Source: Takakia lepidozioides (taxonomy: Eukaryota > Plantae > Bryophyta). From it: a stretch of 64,000 nucleotides of DNA. How positions within the stretch are numbered: the stretch's first letter is position 1; each line of letters starts with the position of its first letter. Positions 38,591 to 50,561 of this stretch are shown one piece after another. Below the pieces are notes generated by a model. The model ran no database searches. It was not told the origin of the DNA and saw nothing but the letters and a program-made list of their open reading frames with translations. Position numbers and translations under genes: made by a program. The stretch is taken from contig CM060734.1 in assembly GCA_030704615.1 (NCBI GenBank), forward strand, positions 5,332,001 to 5,396,000, given 5' to 3'.

Positions 38591-39535
38591 CTTGCACAAA
38601 ATCTCTATCATTGCATGGACTGTCAGGTTATACCAAGTCTTTCCTGCTTTCTTGATGCATTCGTCGTATTGCTCTTTCCTCAATACATTCTTCCATTCAG
38701 AGACAGGTGTAAGGCCAATCATATTGACCTTGCAAACCAAGTGCACAAATTTGGATGTAACATGTGCCCTCTCTGTTGCCCTGCACATATAAAATATGAT
38801 CATTAGAAAGAAGATGTGTATATGTACATCCATTGAGCAAGAACATGACAACATTGAACATGAAAGTAAATGAAGAATAGAAAGGAAACTCACACATTCA
38901 CTCCATCCATGATGGACCTGAGGGAACCACGATTTTCAATGTCCGCATTGAGCACCCCTTGTCACACAGACATGTCTTGACAAGTTGGCCCCATGAACTT
39001 CATTGATATAGGGATACCATGCTTGAAGCCTATGATTCCCATCCCAGACATGAAACATCTTCCCCCGAAGATGATGCAACTTTGGGTTGGACTCAAGATA
39101 CTTCTCAAACTCATCATTGACTGTTTTCCAATGACTATCCCATGTAGAGATGATATCAGGACCTACATCTATAGTAGATCCATCAATCCCCTCAACAGAA
39201 ACATAGAACACGGTTGCTCCTGGATGGTATCTAGAATAGAAGTCTCCTCTAAGCTTTAGGATGTCGTTGGCAAGGGCGGGCCTAACAACCTGCATAGAAA
39301 TCATGCGACACAATGGAATGTCCATAACTCCATCCTCAACGAGGAGGGACCTGAAAGTTACATTCAGATCTTGTTTCTTTTCCAGAATAATTGCCTGTTT
39401 GGCATCTAGAGAAAGAGGATCACTAGATGTTGTATCTTCTTCATACTCATCTGCCCCCCAATTCCCTGCATCAATGTCATCAATAATGGTCGCAAGCGTC
39501 CCGGCCTCCACAGTTTCAGTTGTAGTAGTAATTTC
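38591..39535 (-). pseudogene. Two exons of a ParB/Srx-domain gene (39535-38894; 38780-38591)
   Basis: FHVWDGNHRLQAW ParB/Srx signature; AG/GT boundaries; one frameshift near 38960; second exon matches 3828-3681. Confidence 0.72.
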
Positions 39536-40449
39536 CTAATTCCATAGACCAAAATAGTTCAAGATGTCAGTGTATGAGAAGAGCACATGTGTGAATGTAT
39601 AATATGTAAAAAGAGCAGTTCAGTGTCATGGTTGCATGAAGAAAACAAATGAATTTGGATAGTCAACTAATTCCATGAATATCTTTGTCTTTCAAAAAGC
39701 TTACAACTTGGAACAGAATACAGGCCTGAGCATCCCGACAGACGACCTCCGACCACCTACGCCGGCGCATATGACACATATGTGCAACCAACTCAAAATT
39801 TGACAAGATTTGAGGCCCTTGACGAAATTTTTGCTCAAGGAGCTCCAAGCATATGCGCCAGTGCATACCATGGAAGGGAGGTTGTAGCCAAACATACAGG
39901 AGCACCTTGAAAGATCAAACTAGGCCTATGGAAGCATGAGGAGTTGTGGAGGTGGCAACGTAGAAGCTTTGAGATACTTGAATATTGTGATCAACCAAAA
40001 TAGGGAAGGTTCCCCAAGCGTCTGCGCCGACGGAGGTGGCAGCCTCGACACTTTGGAGCTTACGTAACACAAGGAATATACAACAAAAAACCAAGCTCCA
40101 AGCATCTCCGCCGGCGGAGATGCTTGCATGAGGTTCCTGAAACCTAGGAGCTAAGCAAAAAAAGATTGTGCTCAATAGGTATGCGCCGGCGGATATGGCA
40201 GCCCAGCCCGCTCAGAGCATCAACAACTTATGAGAATGCGGAGAAACAAAAGAGATGGAAGGGGGGGAGAACTTCCTGAAATATGTGAGCAGCCCTGCTG
40301 CACGGGTCTGCGTTGACAGAATACCTTGCTGATTTCCTCACAGCCGCCATAGCTCGGTGCAAAGAAACCTAGAGTCCAAGAGACACAAACCCTAGCTTGG
40401 CGTGGCTAAACCCCTTGGATAAATGGCTAAATTGTCATGAGTGACCATG

Positions 40450-40940
40450 GATGGGGCTGTGGCGGGCTGTGACAGGCTGTGCCCTATGGCCTGTGGGGCT
40501 GTGATAGGCTGTGGCGGGCTGTGACGGGCTGTGACAGGCTGTGAGGGGCTTTGACAGGCTGTGGTGGGCTGTGACAGGCTGTGCCCTATGGCCTGTCGGG
40601 CTGTGACGGGCTGTGACAGGCTGTGACAGGCTATGGCCTTTGGGGCTGTGACCCCTGTGACCTGTGTAGGGCTGTGACAGGCTGTGCCTGTGGCCTTTGG
40701 GGCTGTGACCCCTGTGACCTGTGTAGGGCTATGACAGGCTGTGCCTGTGGCCTTTGGGGCTGTGACCGGCTGTGACCGGCTGTGAGGGACTGTGACAGGC
40801 TGTGACCTGTGGCCTTGGGGGCTGTGACAGACTGTGAGGGGATGTGACAGGCTGTGACCTGTGGCCTGTGGCCTGTGGCCTGTGTGGGGTTGTGACGGTT
40901 GTGACCAGTGATCTGTGTGGGCCTGTGCTGGTCTGTGGTG
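40450..40940. repeat. GGCTGTG(A/G)C 10-bp-type minisatellite
   Basis: Dozens of CTGTG cores; lies upstream of the third gag copy. Confidence 0.9.
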
Positions 40941-41364
40941 GCCCGTGTTGACATGTGGACGGCCTATGCTAACTCGTGGAGGCACTGGTGGACTGCCTGA
41001 GGACTAGCATGCGGTCTTGAAGGCCAAATTTTGAAACTCGTGGAAGGCGGTTTGAGGAGTATCTTCATGATATTTCCATGGTCATGCAAGTGAGGGAAGA
41101 GAGGAGAAAAAAAGTGTTGGGATGAGGGCATGTTGGGGTTAGGCATTGCTTTAGCTTCTCTTCCTCGTAGTTTTCCACTCTCTCATTAGGCCAAGACCTT
41201 TCCGTAGGTGGAGGCAAGAGTTAGTCCGGGTTTGGGTTGGGGTGTCCTTGCAGGAGCAACACCGTGGAATTGTTTTTGGTGTGGGGGAGTTGTCGTTCTG
41301 ATTTCTTGTGTTTGGATCCCCTTCATACCAGCATGCTTGACTGTGCGCCATGTTAGTTTTGTGT

Positions 41365-42653
41365 GGGCGCTTGTTTTTATAGGTGATTGGTCCGGATTTG
41401 ATCACCAGCCAGTCCTAGAGCATGCTGTCGATGGTGAGGCTGGGGTGATGACCAGTCAGACCATCATTGTTTCTCCTGTGGTGAGGTTGGAGGTGATGAC
41501 CAGCCAACCATAGGAGTGCTTGCGGTGGATGCAGGTGCAGGTGTAGGCTATGTTAGGAACCTAGTATTCCAAACCATAAGCCGCAACAGGTTCTCTACCC
41601 GGTTACCTTGTGGAGAGGGGGTTAGGGACATGTTCATGACCGGTTGAGTGATAGTTTGTCAACACGGAGGTACCACTAGTTGCTGGGGACAGTGCCGGTT
41701 CGAGCACTAGTGATACTAGTGGGTACACGAGACGAGGTGTGCGGTTTAGGCCACCTTCACCTCCTGTGTCTTCTACGGAAGGTTCTGATTCGGATTGTGA
41801 ATCAGGAGGACTCACACCGGCGGGCAAGTTGTTTCCTTGCCATTGTTGTGGGACACATGGAGGAGATGTATGGAGCTACCAAGGGGCCACGAAGGTACTC
41901 TGGGGCGGTGGGCACCATCGAGTTGGATGATTTTATCCAAGAGTTTGATAGTTGGTGTGATTTGCAGCAAATGCGCAATCCACAACTATTTACGCCTTTT
42001 ATGGCATGGAATGGGCTATTTCAGCACCTTGAGGGGCCGCCTATGGATGATTACCATGAGTTCAGGCGGGGGCATGAGGTTGAGATCGAGGAGTGGAGGA
42101 TGTATTGGTCACCCGACTATGTCTCCATCACTAGGGGCACTAGAGCCACGAGGGCATTGGCTACACATGCCGCTGCACCGGCAGCTTCAGCAAGCAGCAG
42201 TGGGACTGGTGGTACGTAGCTACGACGACGTCCACCCAAGCCACTACCACACCAGCACTAGTACCCGTGTCTGCCTTCAACCCTGTTGTGGAGTTCTTCG
42301 AAGAGTTGAGAGGGAACTACCAAGGGGTGAGGACAGAGAAGTTGCGGAGCTTGCAAGAGTTCCAACGGAAGCCTACTGAGAGCTTGAGGGAGGCTTTCAC
42401 TCGCATGAGGCGCTTAATAAATGTAAGTCAAGGGGTTACGGAAGCTCAGGCAGTCCAATTCTGGTATGGGATATTGGACAAGGAGCTGAGGAGAAGGGTG
42501 CGGGATGCAACTCTCCTACAAGCGACCCAACCCACCTTAGCAAATGTGTTTTTGCTGGCAGAGCGGATAGAACTCAACATGGTGGAGGAACGAGTGGTCA
42601 TGGTAGGATTTGCTAAGGAGACACCACGGGGTAGTGGTGCTCCTAGCCAGTAG
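41365..42653 (+). mobile_element. Third copy of the DNMT-Gypsy family: leader plus gag, truncated
   Basis: Colinear with 33220-31980 of element 2 (MQQMRNPQLFT, EGPPMDDYHEF, LQEFQRKPTESLREAFTR). Confidence 0.9.
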
Positions 42654-43438
42654 CTCTATCTAGTGTTTGAGAATGAATTCACTAGGGGTTAGGAGCCGGT
42701 TACAGGTGGCTGTGGTGAGTTGGGTAAATCTGGTTATGTGTCTTTCTCTGAAGTAGGTGAGGATAGGCGTTTTCTGGCGGGGGTGTAAATTCTCGGTTTG
42801 GGAGAGATAAGGGCTGCTAAGCCAGGCCCGTTCAAAAAGGGCGATGGTATTAGGGTATCCAGGGAGGGGGGGATTGCTAGTTCGTGAGCGGCTCACGTGA
42901 GCGGAAAGATGCGTGAGCGGAAAGATGCTCACGTAATAGGGTGCATAGGCCTACAATTGCGGATGAGGAAGCCTCGGAAGACCTATTTCCGCGGGAATGA
43001 ATGTACATATCATGCGTACTTGGATGACTGCTGGATGAATGTTGGATGAATGATTCATGAATGGTTGAATGCGAGATGGCTGATGGATGGACATATGTTT
43101 CGCGATGCATGAACAATGGATGAGTGGATGGTTAAAGACTGGATGTATTATCGACCCATATAAAATGAATGAATGGAGTTGCAAATGTGGACGAAATGAT
43201 ATATATGGATGAAATGACTTATGGAGACAAGAACTGAAAGAGAGGCACACACCGGATAAAAATCAAACAACCCCCTCACATGCTCAGGTACTTCCCCGGA
43301 ATGAGGATATGGTAGATGTACCTGAACCATACATTCAGAAAACACAGATGCAGCAGGTGCTTGTTCACCCCCATTAAACCCCCATGTAATCAATGTCGCA
43401 CTGACGCAAGGTTGATCCCTGAACTTCCCAAAAGACTA

Positions 43439-44079
43439 GAAGACACGAAACACTAAGCAAGATGAAGATTTCTCTCCCGAAAGAGGCGATTGAAATCCAT
43501 AGCATAACCAACCTTGATTGTGTCCCATACAATTTCTCAAATCAAGGTTGCGTCAACGCAAGGTTGAATTGCATCCTGCAATTTATTTATTTATTTATTT
43601 TCCTGGAAAAATGATGCTTTCATTTCTCAAATCAAGGTTGCGTCAATGCAAGGTTGATTTGCATCCTACGATTTTTATTTTTATTTTTATTTTTATTTTT
43701 GTCATGGAAAAAAGATGCTTTCGTTTCTCAAATCAAGGTTGATTTGCATCCTGTGATTTTTTTTATTTTATATTTTTTTGGTTTTGGTGATGCAAATCAA
43801 CCTTGCGTTGATTTGAGAAATGAAATCATCCATTTTACCAAAAACAAAAACAAAAAAACAAAAAACATTTTTTTATTTTTTTTGAAGTCGCATGATGCAA
43901 ATCAACCTTGCGCTGACGCAACCTTGATGTGAGAAATGAAAGCATTTTTTTTGCACTGTTTTTTGCATTTTGTATGGGACACAATCAAGGTTACGTTAAC
44001 GCAACCTTGATTATGCTATGGATTTCAAACGCCTCTTTCGAGAGAGAAATCTTCGTCTTGCTTAGTGTTTCGTGTCTTC
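43439..44079. repeat. Foldback/MITE-like segment with long inverted arms, flanked by TA
   Basis: GAAGACACGAAACACTAAGCAAGA...TCTTGCTTAGTGTTTCGTGTCTTC; internal CAAGGTTG / CAACCTTG repeats. Confidence 0.8.
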
Positions 44080-44096
44080 TAATCATTCACGTCCAC

Positions 44097-44305
44097 TCGG
44101 AAATCAACCTCGTGTTAACACCAGGTTGATTTCAAGTTCCCGGAAATGAACCTCTTGTTAACACAAGGTTGATTTCAACTCCTCGGAAATCAACCTCGTG
44201 CTGACACAAGTTGATTTCAAGTCCTCGGAAATGAACCTCTTGTTCACACAAGGTTGATTTCAACTCCTCGGAAATGAACCTCGTGTTGACACAAGGTTGA
44301 TTTCA
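44097..44305. repeat. Five tandem ~43-bp units, each containing a 34-bp palindrome
   Basis: GAAATCAACCTCGTGTTAACACCAGGTTGATTTC and variants. Confidence 0.88.
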
Positions 44306-44998
44306 TCCATCTTTTGTCATCCTGCATTCATCCTACATTCATCCATTCCACATAGCCATTCATCCTTAAGAATTTCGCCGCACATTCATCTCAAATTTTC
44401 TTGCATGGAACTCGGCGTCTTAGGTCCCAGGCATTGTATGTTATCCTCCATTCCACTCAACATTGCCCCCACGACAATAGGTCCTGCTTTTCCCACGACT
44501 ATAAGCTTCGCTTCCCTTATGTGTTCACGCTTAAGAAATCTGCTCACGCTTAACGAAGTCTGCTCACGTTTAGTGCGCTCACGTGCTAGCTTCCCTCCCG
44601 AGACGATGAAGAGGGGCCGAAACCGGGAGCGGGGAATGGAGGCATGCTTGTGGGTGGAGAGATAGGAGGGAGTAGAGTCCATTGTATTTCGAAGCAAGAA
44701 ATTTGAGAAGTCCTCTGTAGATAAGACGGAGCCTGCTTAGGTCGTTAAGGGCTTCTTGGAGTTGTGTACCAAGAGTGTGGGCATAGGAAATGATAAGTGG
44801 GCTGGAGCCTATGCCATAGCTGTCCGTCGGGAGCTGGGTGAGGGCATTTGGGATACTGGTGGGGAGGCCACATATACGTTTGGTGAGCCTTGGCCTTGCG
44901 GTTTGGGAGATCTCAATGCTACAAAACAAAACAAAACAAAACAAAACAAACAAACAAACTACATTGCTTCATATATTGATCATGTTAATCTTATATAA

Positions 44999-45415
44999 GA
45001 ACATCTCCACGGTGAGCAGGGCCCGTCAAACGTTATATAGCCTGGTTACAGGGGTGACAGTATTTTTCACAAGGACGTTCGGTTGGCATTCCACGGTTGG
45101 GACGGTAGCAGACCCGGCACACACCCCAATCACAACTTGGTAGGAAGCGGTGTCACAATCTTGGAGCGTTGAAATGGCGATACAGAGGGCGCAATTGATG
45201 GCTAGGTTGGCTCACACGTGCAAATGTAATGTACAGTGGTTGGCGGGGTCCCTGTATGCTTGGCAAAAGTGCCGTACGGGAGACAAATTTACGGCGGGGC
45301 CTGCAGCAATTCTACCTAGCTGAGGCAACCATGGAGCAACCTGCGCGACTTTTTGGAACCCCGCCACGCCAGATTGTCGTTTTTGGGTAGGTACCGTGGC
45401 ACCGTGGAGATGCTC
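44999..45415. mobile_element. Tourist-type (PIF/Harbinger) MITE
   Basis: 16-bp TIRs GA(A/G)CATCTCCACGGTG with TAA duplication at 44996-44998 and 45416-45418. Confidence 0.88.
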
Positions 45416-46104
45416 TAAGACATTGGATTTTATGTATACCTATATAAGAACTCTATAATTATTAATAATCATCTGAAAGGCCACAAATATATATATATAT
45501 ATATATAATACACATGATTTTATTTCAACTGATTATGTAATAACTATTATTATATTAATTTAATGCAAATTTGAATTATGTATGTTTTTTATAGCCTGCA
45601 TTAATAATATGTTAAATTATTTATTCACTTATAATCATATAATGTATTTTATTCAACAAATAGTGTTAAAACTTATTTCAATGTATATACATTGATAACA
45701 TATGCCATACTATGACATATTTGGCATTGTGAAGATGTATGTGATGGCACATCTATACATCCACCTTCGGTATGGCATTGCCCATGTCAGCATGACTCAC
45801 CATTGCATGCATCACAGGGGCATGCCAGCTATGGCACATAGGCAAAATGAAATAATAAAATAATTGAGGTGCAAATGGGCCACCGGTCTCAGCAAACGGG
45901 CTTGCAGATTGGCACAGGTGCAAGTGGGACACTATACTTCGCCAGTGTCAGGTGGAAAAACGGCTGATGTGCCCGCTGTATCTAACTTGCCCCTTCATTC
46001 TATTCGAATGTGTGTGGTCTTAATATTGCAACACTGATTTTGGTTCAGAAATTTCTGAACCAAAATTTCTCAAGGAGACCGGTGCTTGCCATTAAGCAGC
46101 TAGG

Positions 46105-46428
46105 ATGGTTGGAGGAGGACCAAGGAAGGACGATGGATTGCCGGCAATAAGCAGCTCCAATATATTTGCTGCGCTCGAGAGCCGCCGCCGCAAGTCGCAC
46201 AAGAAGAAATCGGACAAAGACGGATCGGCCATTAGTAAATCAGATAAGAAGGACGACGAACCTGAGCAATTCTGGGCCGCCACGCAAGTGATTGTGAAAT
46301 CTTGGGCCGATTGTGACGATGATGATGACTACTACGCCACCACCGCACCCCCGCCGGAGGCCTGGACACCAGATCAGTCTTCTCAAGCTGCGGCCACAGC
46401 TCTCCAGGATGGAATAAGTCAAGGGGAG
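46105..46428 (+). CDS. Exon 1 of a conserved plant acidic/lysine-rich protein of unknown function (resembles the Arabidopsis AT4G32610-type family)
   Basis: MVGGG..R.D..., NIFAALE, VKSWADCDDDDDYYATTAPP; donor GAG|GTAAAG, phase 0. Confidence 0.88.
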
Positions 46429-47169
46429 GTAAAGAACTCCGTTCTTTTTCCTGTAGAGAAGTGCATATGTGAACATAACACGGTATGTATTCGTCATCCG
46501 CTTCACTGCAATTGGATCGTGCCTAGAGGACTCCAATTCTGTGGCCGCAGCACTGAAGGTAGGATGAGCGGAGGTGAGATATTAAGATTCTGCTCTCTTA
46601 AGGAGCACATTAGTACCAAAGCAGAAAACTTATTTCCTTGTTTTTTGGGACTGGGTAATATGCGTCCGGGATAACCGTGCCAATTGCCGGTGAAGTTGAT
46701 ATGACGCTTTCAGCCCATCAGCGCGGCATCGTTCGAAAGCTGTTGGCAACAGCATCTTCAATCACTCCATCTTTTAGGTTCTAGATTAGTTCCGGACTTC
46801 TGAATCTCTCCCAACATATCGTGCACACATGGTGTTAGATAAGAGTTTTTATGAGGCAGCATTGGTCGATGCCCCTCAGATGGACCGTGGCCAAGTGGTC
46901 ACGCTGCTATTTACCTAGGCCTAACTGTACAATAGACATTATCTTCCTTCCTGACCTAGGATCTGCACTAAAGCGTTTTTGCCTCATGGAGCTGGCTTTC
47001 AACTGGGCCAAGTATACATGTCTATTGAATTGAATTGCGAGATTGTATTTTCTCCAGGCAGTTCTTGTAAACCTTGCCATTGCTCAGTCCTCAAGAGGTT
47101 TTCAAACTGACATTTTGGACATATACACACAACCAAAAGATACTAATAGGAACGCTCCATTCAGGCAGA

Positions 47170-47330
47170 TATTTTGGACATGGCTAAATATAGTATCATC
47201 ACAAGTCAGTTGTACAGGTTTATGAGACTTTGCAGCTCTAAGAAGGTGTTGTCTCTCAATTTTTTGTGCCATAGAAACTGGTTTTCGATAGAGGGTATGC
47301 TTTCCATCTCCTTTTGAGGAAGTCAGAACT
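47170..47330 (+). mobile_element. Possible Penelope-like element fragment
   Basis: AKYSIITSQLYRFMRLCSS resembles the PLE RT thumb / C-terminal helix. Confidence 0.4.
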
Positions 47331-47429
47331 ACTCCAGACTCTTAAGTACATATATCCATCTCATCCTTTGCTCTGTTCAAACTGATCAATAACAGAGTTC
47401 TTCAGTGTGGAGCTTTCTTCAGGCCACTT

Positions 47430-49008
47430 GTGTTGGTCAGGTTCTCTCTCCTCTTTAACCTTATCTGGAAGACTGAAATGATCCCCTTTCGCTGGCGACA
47501 GGGGGTCATTGTCAATCTATACAAGAAGGGTGACAGAGAAGAACCAGGGAACTACCGTGGCATCACGCTCCTCAATGCTGTTGGCAAGACATTTTGCAGA
47601 GTTATAAGTACTCGTCTCGAGGTTGATCTGAATCTAGAGGTTGTTTCCACGAAGGCCAAGCTGGCTTTCGGCGAAACAGGGGCTGTGTGGATCATATCTT
47701 CACTCTAAGCCAGATTATCCAGGGAAGGAAAAAAGAAGGGAAACCCACTTATGTTTTTTTCTTGGATGTCAAAAAGGCTTATGACACAGTGTGGAGAGAT
47801 GGCATATGGCTCCGCCTCTGGTCTTGTGGGATCAAGGGAAAGATGTGGAGAGTTGTCCACAACTTGTATGCTCACACCAGAAGCTGTGTCACTGTTAATG
47901 GACAGAAGTCCAACTTCTTTGACATAGACCAAGGTGTAGCTCAAGGATGTACTCTCTCCCCTCTGCTCTTCAATGTTTTCATCAATCAACTCCTCGAGGA
48001 TGTGGAAAGTGAGGGATTTGGGTTAAGGGTGGGTGATACCACCATACCAGCCCTTATGTTTGCGGATGACTTCGCAGGCATAGGGGAGACTACAACCAAT
48101 CTCCAGGAGTTGATTGATTGCGCGAAGAGATACTTTGATCTTTGGGGGCTAGAGGCTAACGTCAGCAAATGTGCAGTGGTAGCATTCAACGACAGAGGAG
48201 AGGGAGGAAGTGATCTTAAGTGGCAGTGGGGTAGCCAAGAGATCCCGGTCCTCCCTTCCTACACTTACCTGGCCGTTGAGTTTTCCTCCAATTGTAATTG
48301 GGATGCACATATCCGGAAAGTTGTTCAAACTGGCAAGGGCAAAGTCACCTGCAACACCAGTTAATCGACTCTATATGTTGGAAACAGGACCGCCCTGTCA
48401 AACAGGCTAAGTCCTGGCAGAAGAGAGTAGAAGAGATTCTCAAGGACCTGGATCTGGATCCGCAAGTCTTGACCCTGCTGGATAAATCTGACTTAGAGGC
48501 TGGAGTGTCCAAAGCCATGTCTGTTGCCATGAAATTGTCTGATAAAAATGAAGTTAGGCAGAAAACTTCCCTGAACTTGTTTCCAGTCTGTGACATGGGG
48601 GAGGACATCTTGGATGACCTCAAGGGTCTACCCACTCTCGGCACTAGACTGAAATTTAAACTCAGGGCAGGAAGCCTACCTTTGAACAGCAAACAGAAGC
48701 AGAGAGGAAAGGGAGAGTGCAATTGCCCGTTGTGTGGGCAACCTTAAGACAGTATTCATTTTCTGATACACTGTCCGGGGTTCTCTCACCAAAGAGACGC
48801 TCTCTTCAAATCTATCAAGGGAATTGTGCCTGTACCTCTGTTTACCAACTTAAAAAGTCTCGAGGCTGAGCCAAAAGCCCAGGCCCTCCTGAGGCCTAGT
48901 TTTTGGGCAAATCACACACAGCAGATTGATGCTTGTGTGAAGGGATTTCTAGAGGATATCTGGCGCGGTGTCAATGGCCACAAGGCTATGGCAAACAACG
49001 TCTTATGA
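47430..49008 (+). mobile_element. Intronic LINE (APE-type clade-like) RT with C-terminal zinc finger, truncated
   Basis: NYRGITLL, QAGFR, FLDVKKAYD, GVAQGCTLSPLLF, FADD, YTYL, CPLC..HFLIHC. Confidence 0.92.
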
Positions 49009-50317
49009 GTACATTCTCTTGTTGCTTTGCTCGTGCCTTTGGTCTCATCTTTGAAAGTTCTTGTTCACCATAAATGTGGCTTTCTCATTATTCTTTGGTC
49101 AACCTTGAAATGTGGGTTCAGAGTTTACTAGGGTCTCCACATAGATACACCTTCTGTGAAAGGAAGGTAACCTCAGGGTATAAATTGTTAATCTTGACAA
49201 CCCGATTCTCAGGTATTGGCTTCACACAGAAGGCAGCAGAAGATTTCTTCAACCAGATTTATCTCACCATCTTAGTTAGGCCTTGGTGCGAACACACGGT
49301 ATATTGTGGATGGCAAACATCATGGAGATTTCTTTTCGGGGTTATGTATTTGTCACATAAAAGTAACAAGATTAACTTCAATCCATCGGTTGACCTTGGC
49401 GTAAATGGTGGCTGGGTGCTGGCCTAAATCAATAGAGGCAGATCCAACCTGTTTCATCTTTGTTGACTGCTAGTCAGTTCGGGTCCAGATTTCTATAATC
49501 TATTTGGCTTTACCATACATTGGGGTCCTCCTGGCCTCTTCACCTGGTTTGACAGACGTGAAGATTAGGGTTTCTCTTCCTTTGTTGTTGCAGGAGCCGC
49601 TGTTGTATGCTTAGTTGAGGTGGAGAGAATGTCACGCGAAAATAATTCTATCATCTGCTCAATTAAAATGGATAGCTGACCCGAAAACTTCTCCTATGCG
49701 TTTTTTACCCTTCCTTGGCTCTCACTTAGTTTGGTGGACTGAAGATAAGTGTTCTGTTCTTTTGTTGTTGCAGGAGGGGGTGTTGCATGCATAGTTGAGG
49801 TTGTGCATATGTCTTAAAAGTGCCTAGCCTGGTCATTTCGGCAAATCCATTGGGCCTTTTTCTGCAATAAATGGAGGCATAGTAATGCAAAAAAGTGTCT
49901 ATCATCTGGTAAACCTAATAGCTGACCTCAAAAGCTTTCCCCGCAGGTTTTTTGAACTGCTTGCCCCTTCGCTGGTGTTGGCAGACCTGGACACTACTAC
50001 TTCCTCTCATTTAACTGTTGCAGAGACGGTGTCATGTGCTTAGTGGTGGTGCAACATATGTAGTAAATTTGCCTAGACTCATGACTCTGGTGCTCCATTG
50101 GGCCATTCTCTTCAACAGATACGCAAAGTTACACCCTACAAATGTCAATCTACTGCTCTGCTACAACCTAGTATCTGGTAATGGAAACTTTTATTGTCAG
50201 GTTCAGTTGAAATCAGGACAGTGAATGATAGGGTAGAAGGAGGTATGATGTTGCTCCAATTCTGGGTTGTGTGGAGTATTTCGGTGACTCAACGTTTGTC
50301 TTTTTGGGGTATGTCAG

Positions 50318-50561
50318 GAGACTGAAGGTGACGAAGAGGGTGACGGGGAAGAAGCAGATGATGTGGTTGAGGGAGGAGCAGAGACTGAGAGTGCGGCAGG
50401 AGCAAGTACCAATGAAGCTTGTGGCAAACCCAAGATATTGTTTCCCGTGGTATCCAGGGAGCCAGAGCGACAGCTCTCAAAGAAAGAGTTGAAGAAGAAG
50501 GAGCTTGAAGAGCTGGATGCGGTTCTTGCTGAGCTTGGGTTATCTCCAAAAGAGGAAAATG
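50318..50561 (+). CDS. Exon 2 of the same gene
   Basis: CAG|GAG acceptor in frame; ERQLSKKELKKKELEELDAVLAELG; phase-1 donor G|GTAGCC. Confidence 0.85.

Larger units (their letters stand above)
42881..44585. mobile_element. Non-autonomous TIR element with CTAG target duplication
   Basis: CTAG, then TTCGTGAGCG...CGCTCACGTG, then CTAG; subterminal CGTGAGC / GCTCACG repeats; no coding capacity. Confidence 0.75.
42660..44925 (-). mobile_element. LINE post-RT fragment split by a 1.7-kb insertion
   Basis: KRICGLPTSIPNALTQLP..YGIG; removing 42881-44585 plus one CTAG restores in-frame REASNPPLPGY. Confidence 0.7.

Noticed and set aside
40392-40985. 197-aa ORF
   Set aside because: Translation of a minisatellite.
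50201-50242. Small AG/GT-bounded candidate exon in the host gene
   Set aside because: Contains in-frame stops; the three-exon model is in phase without it.
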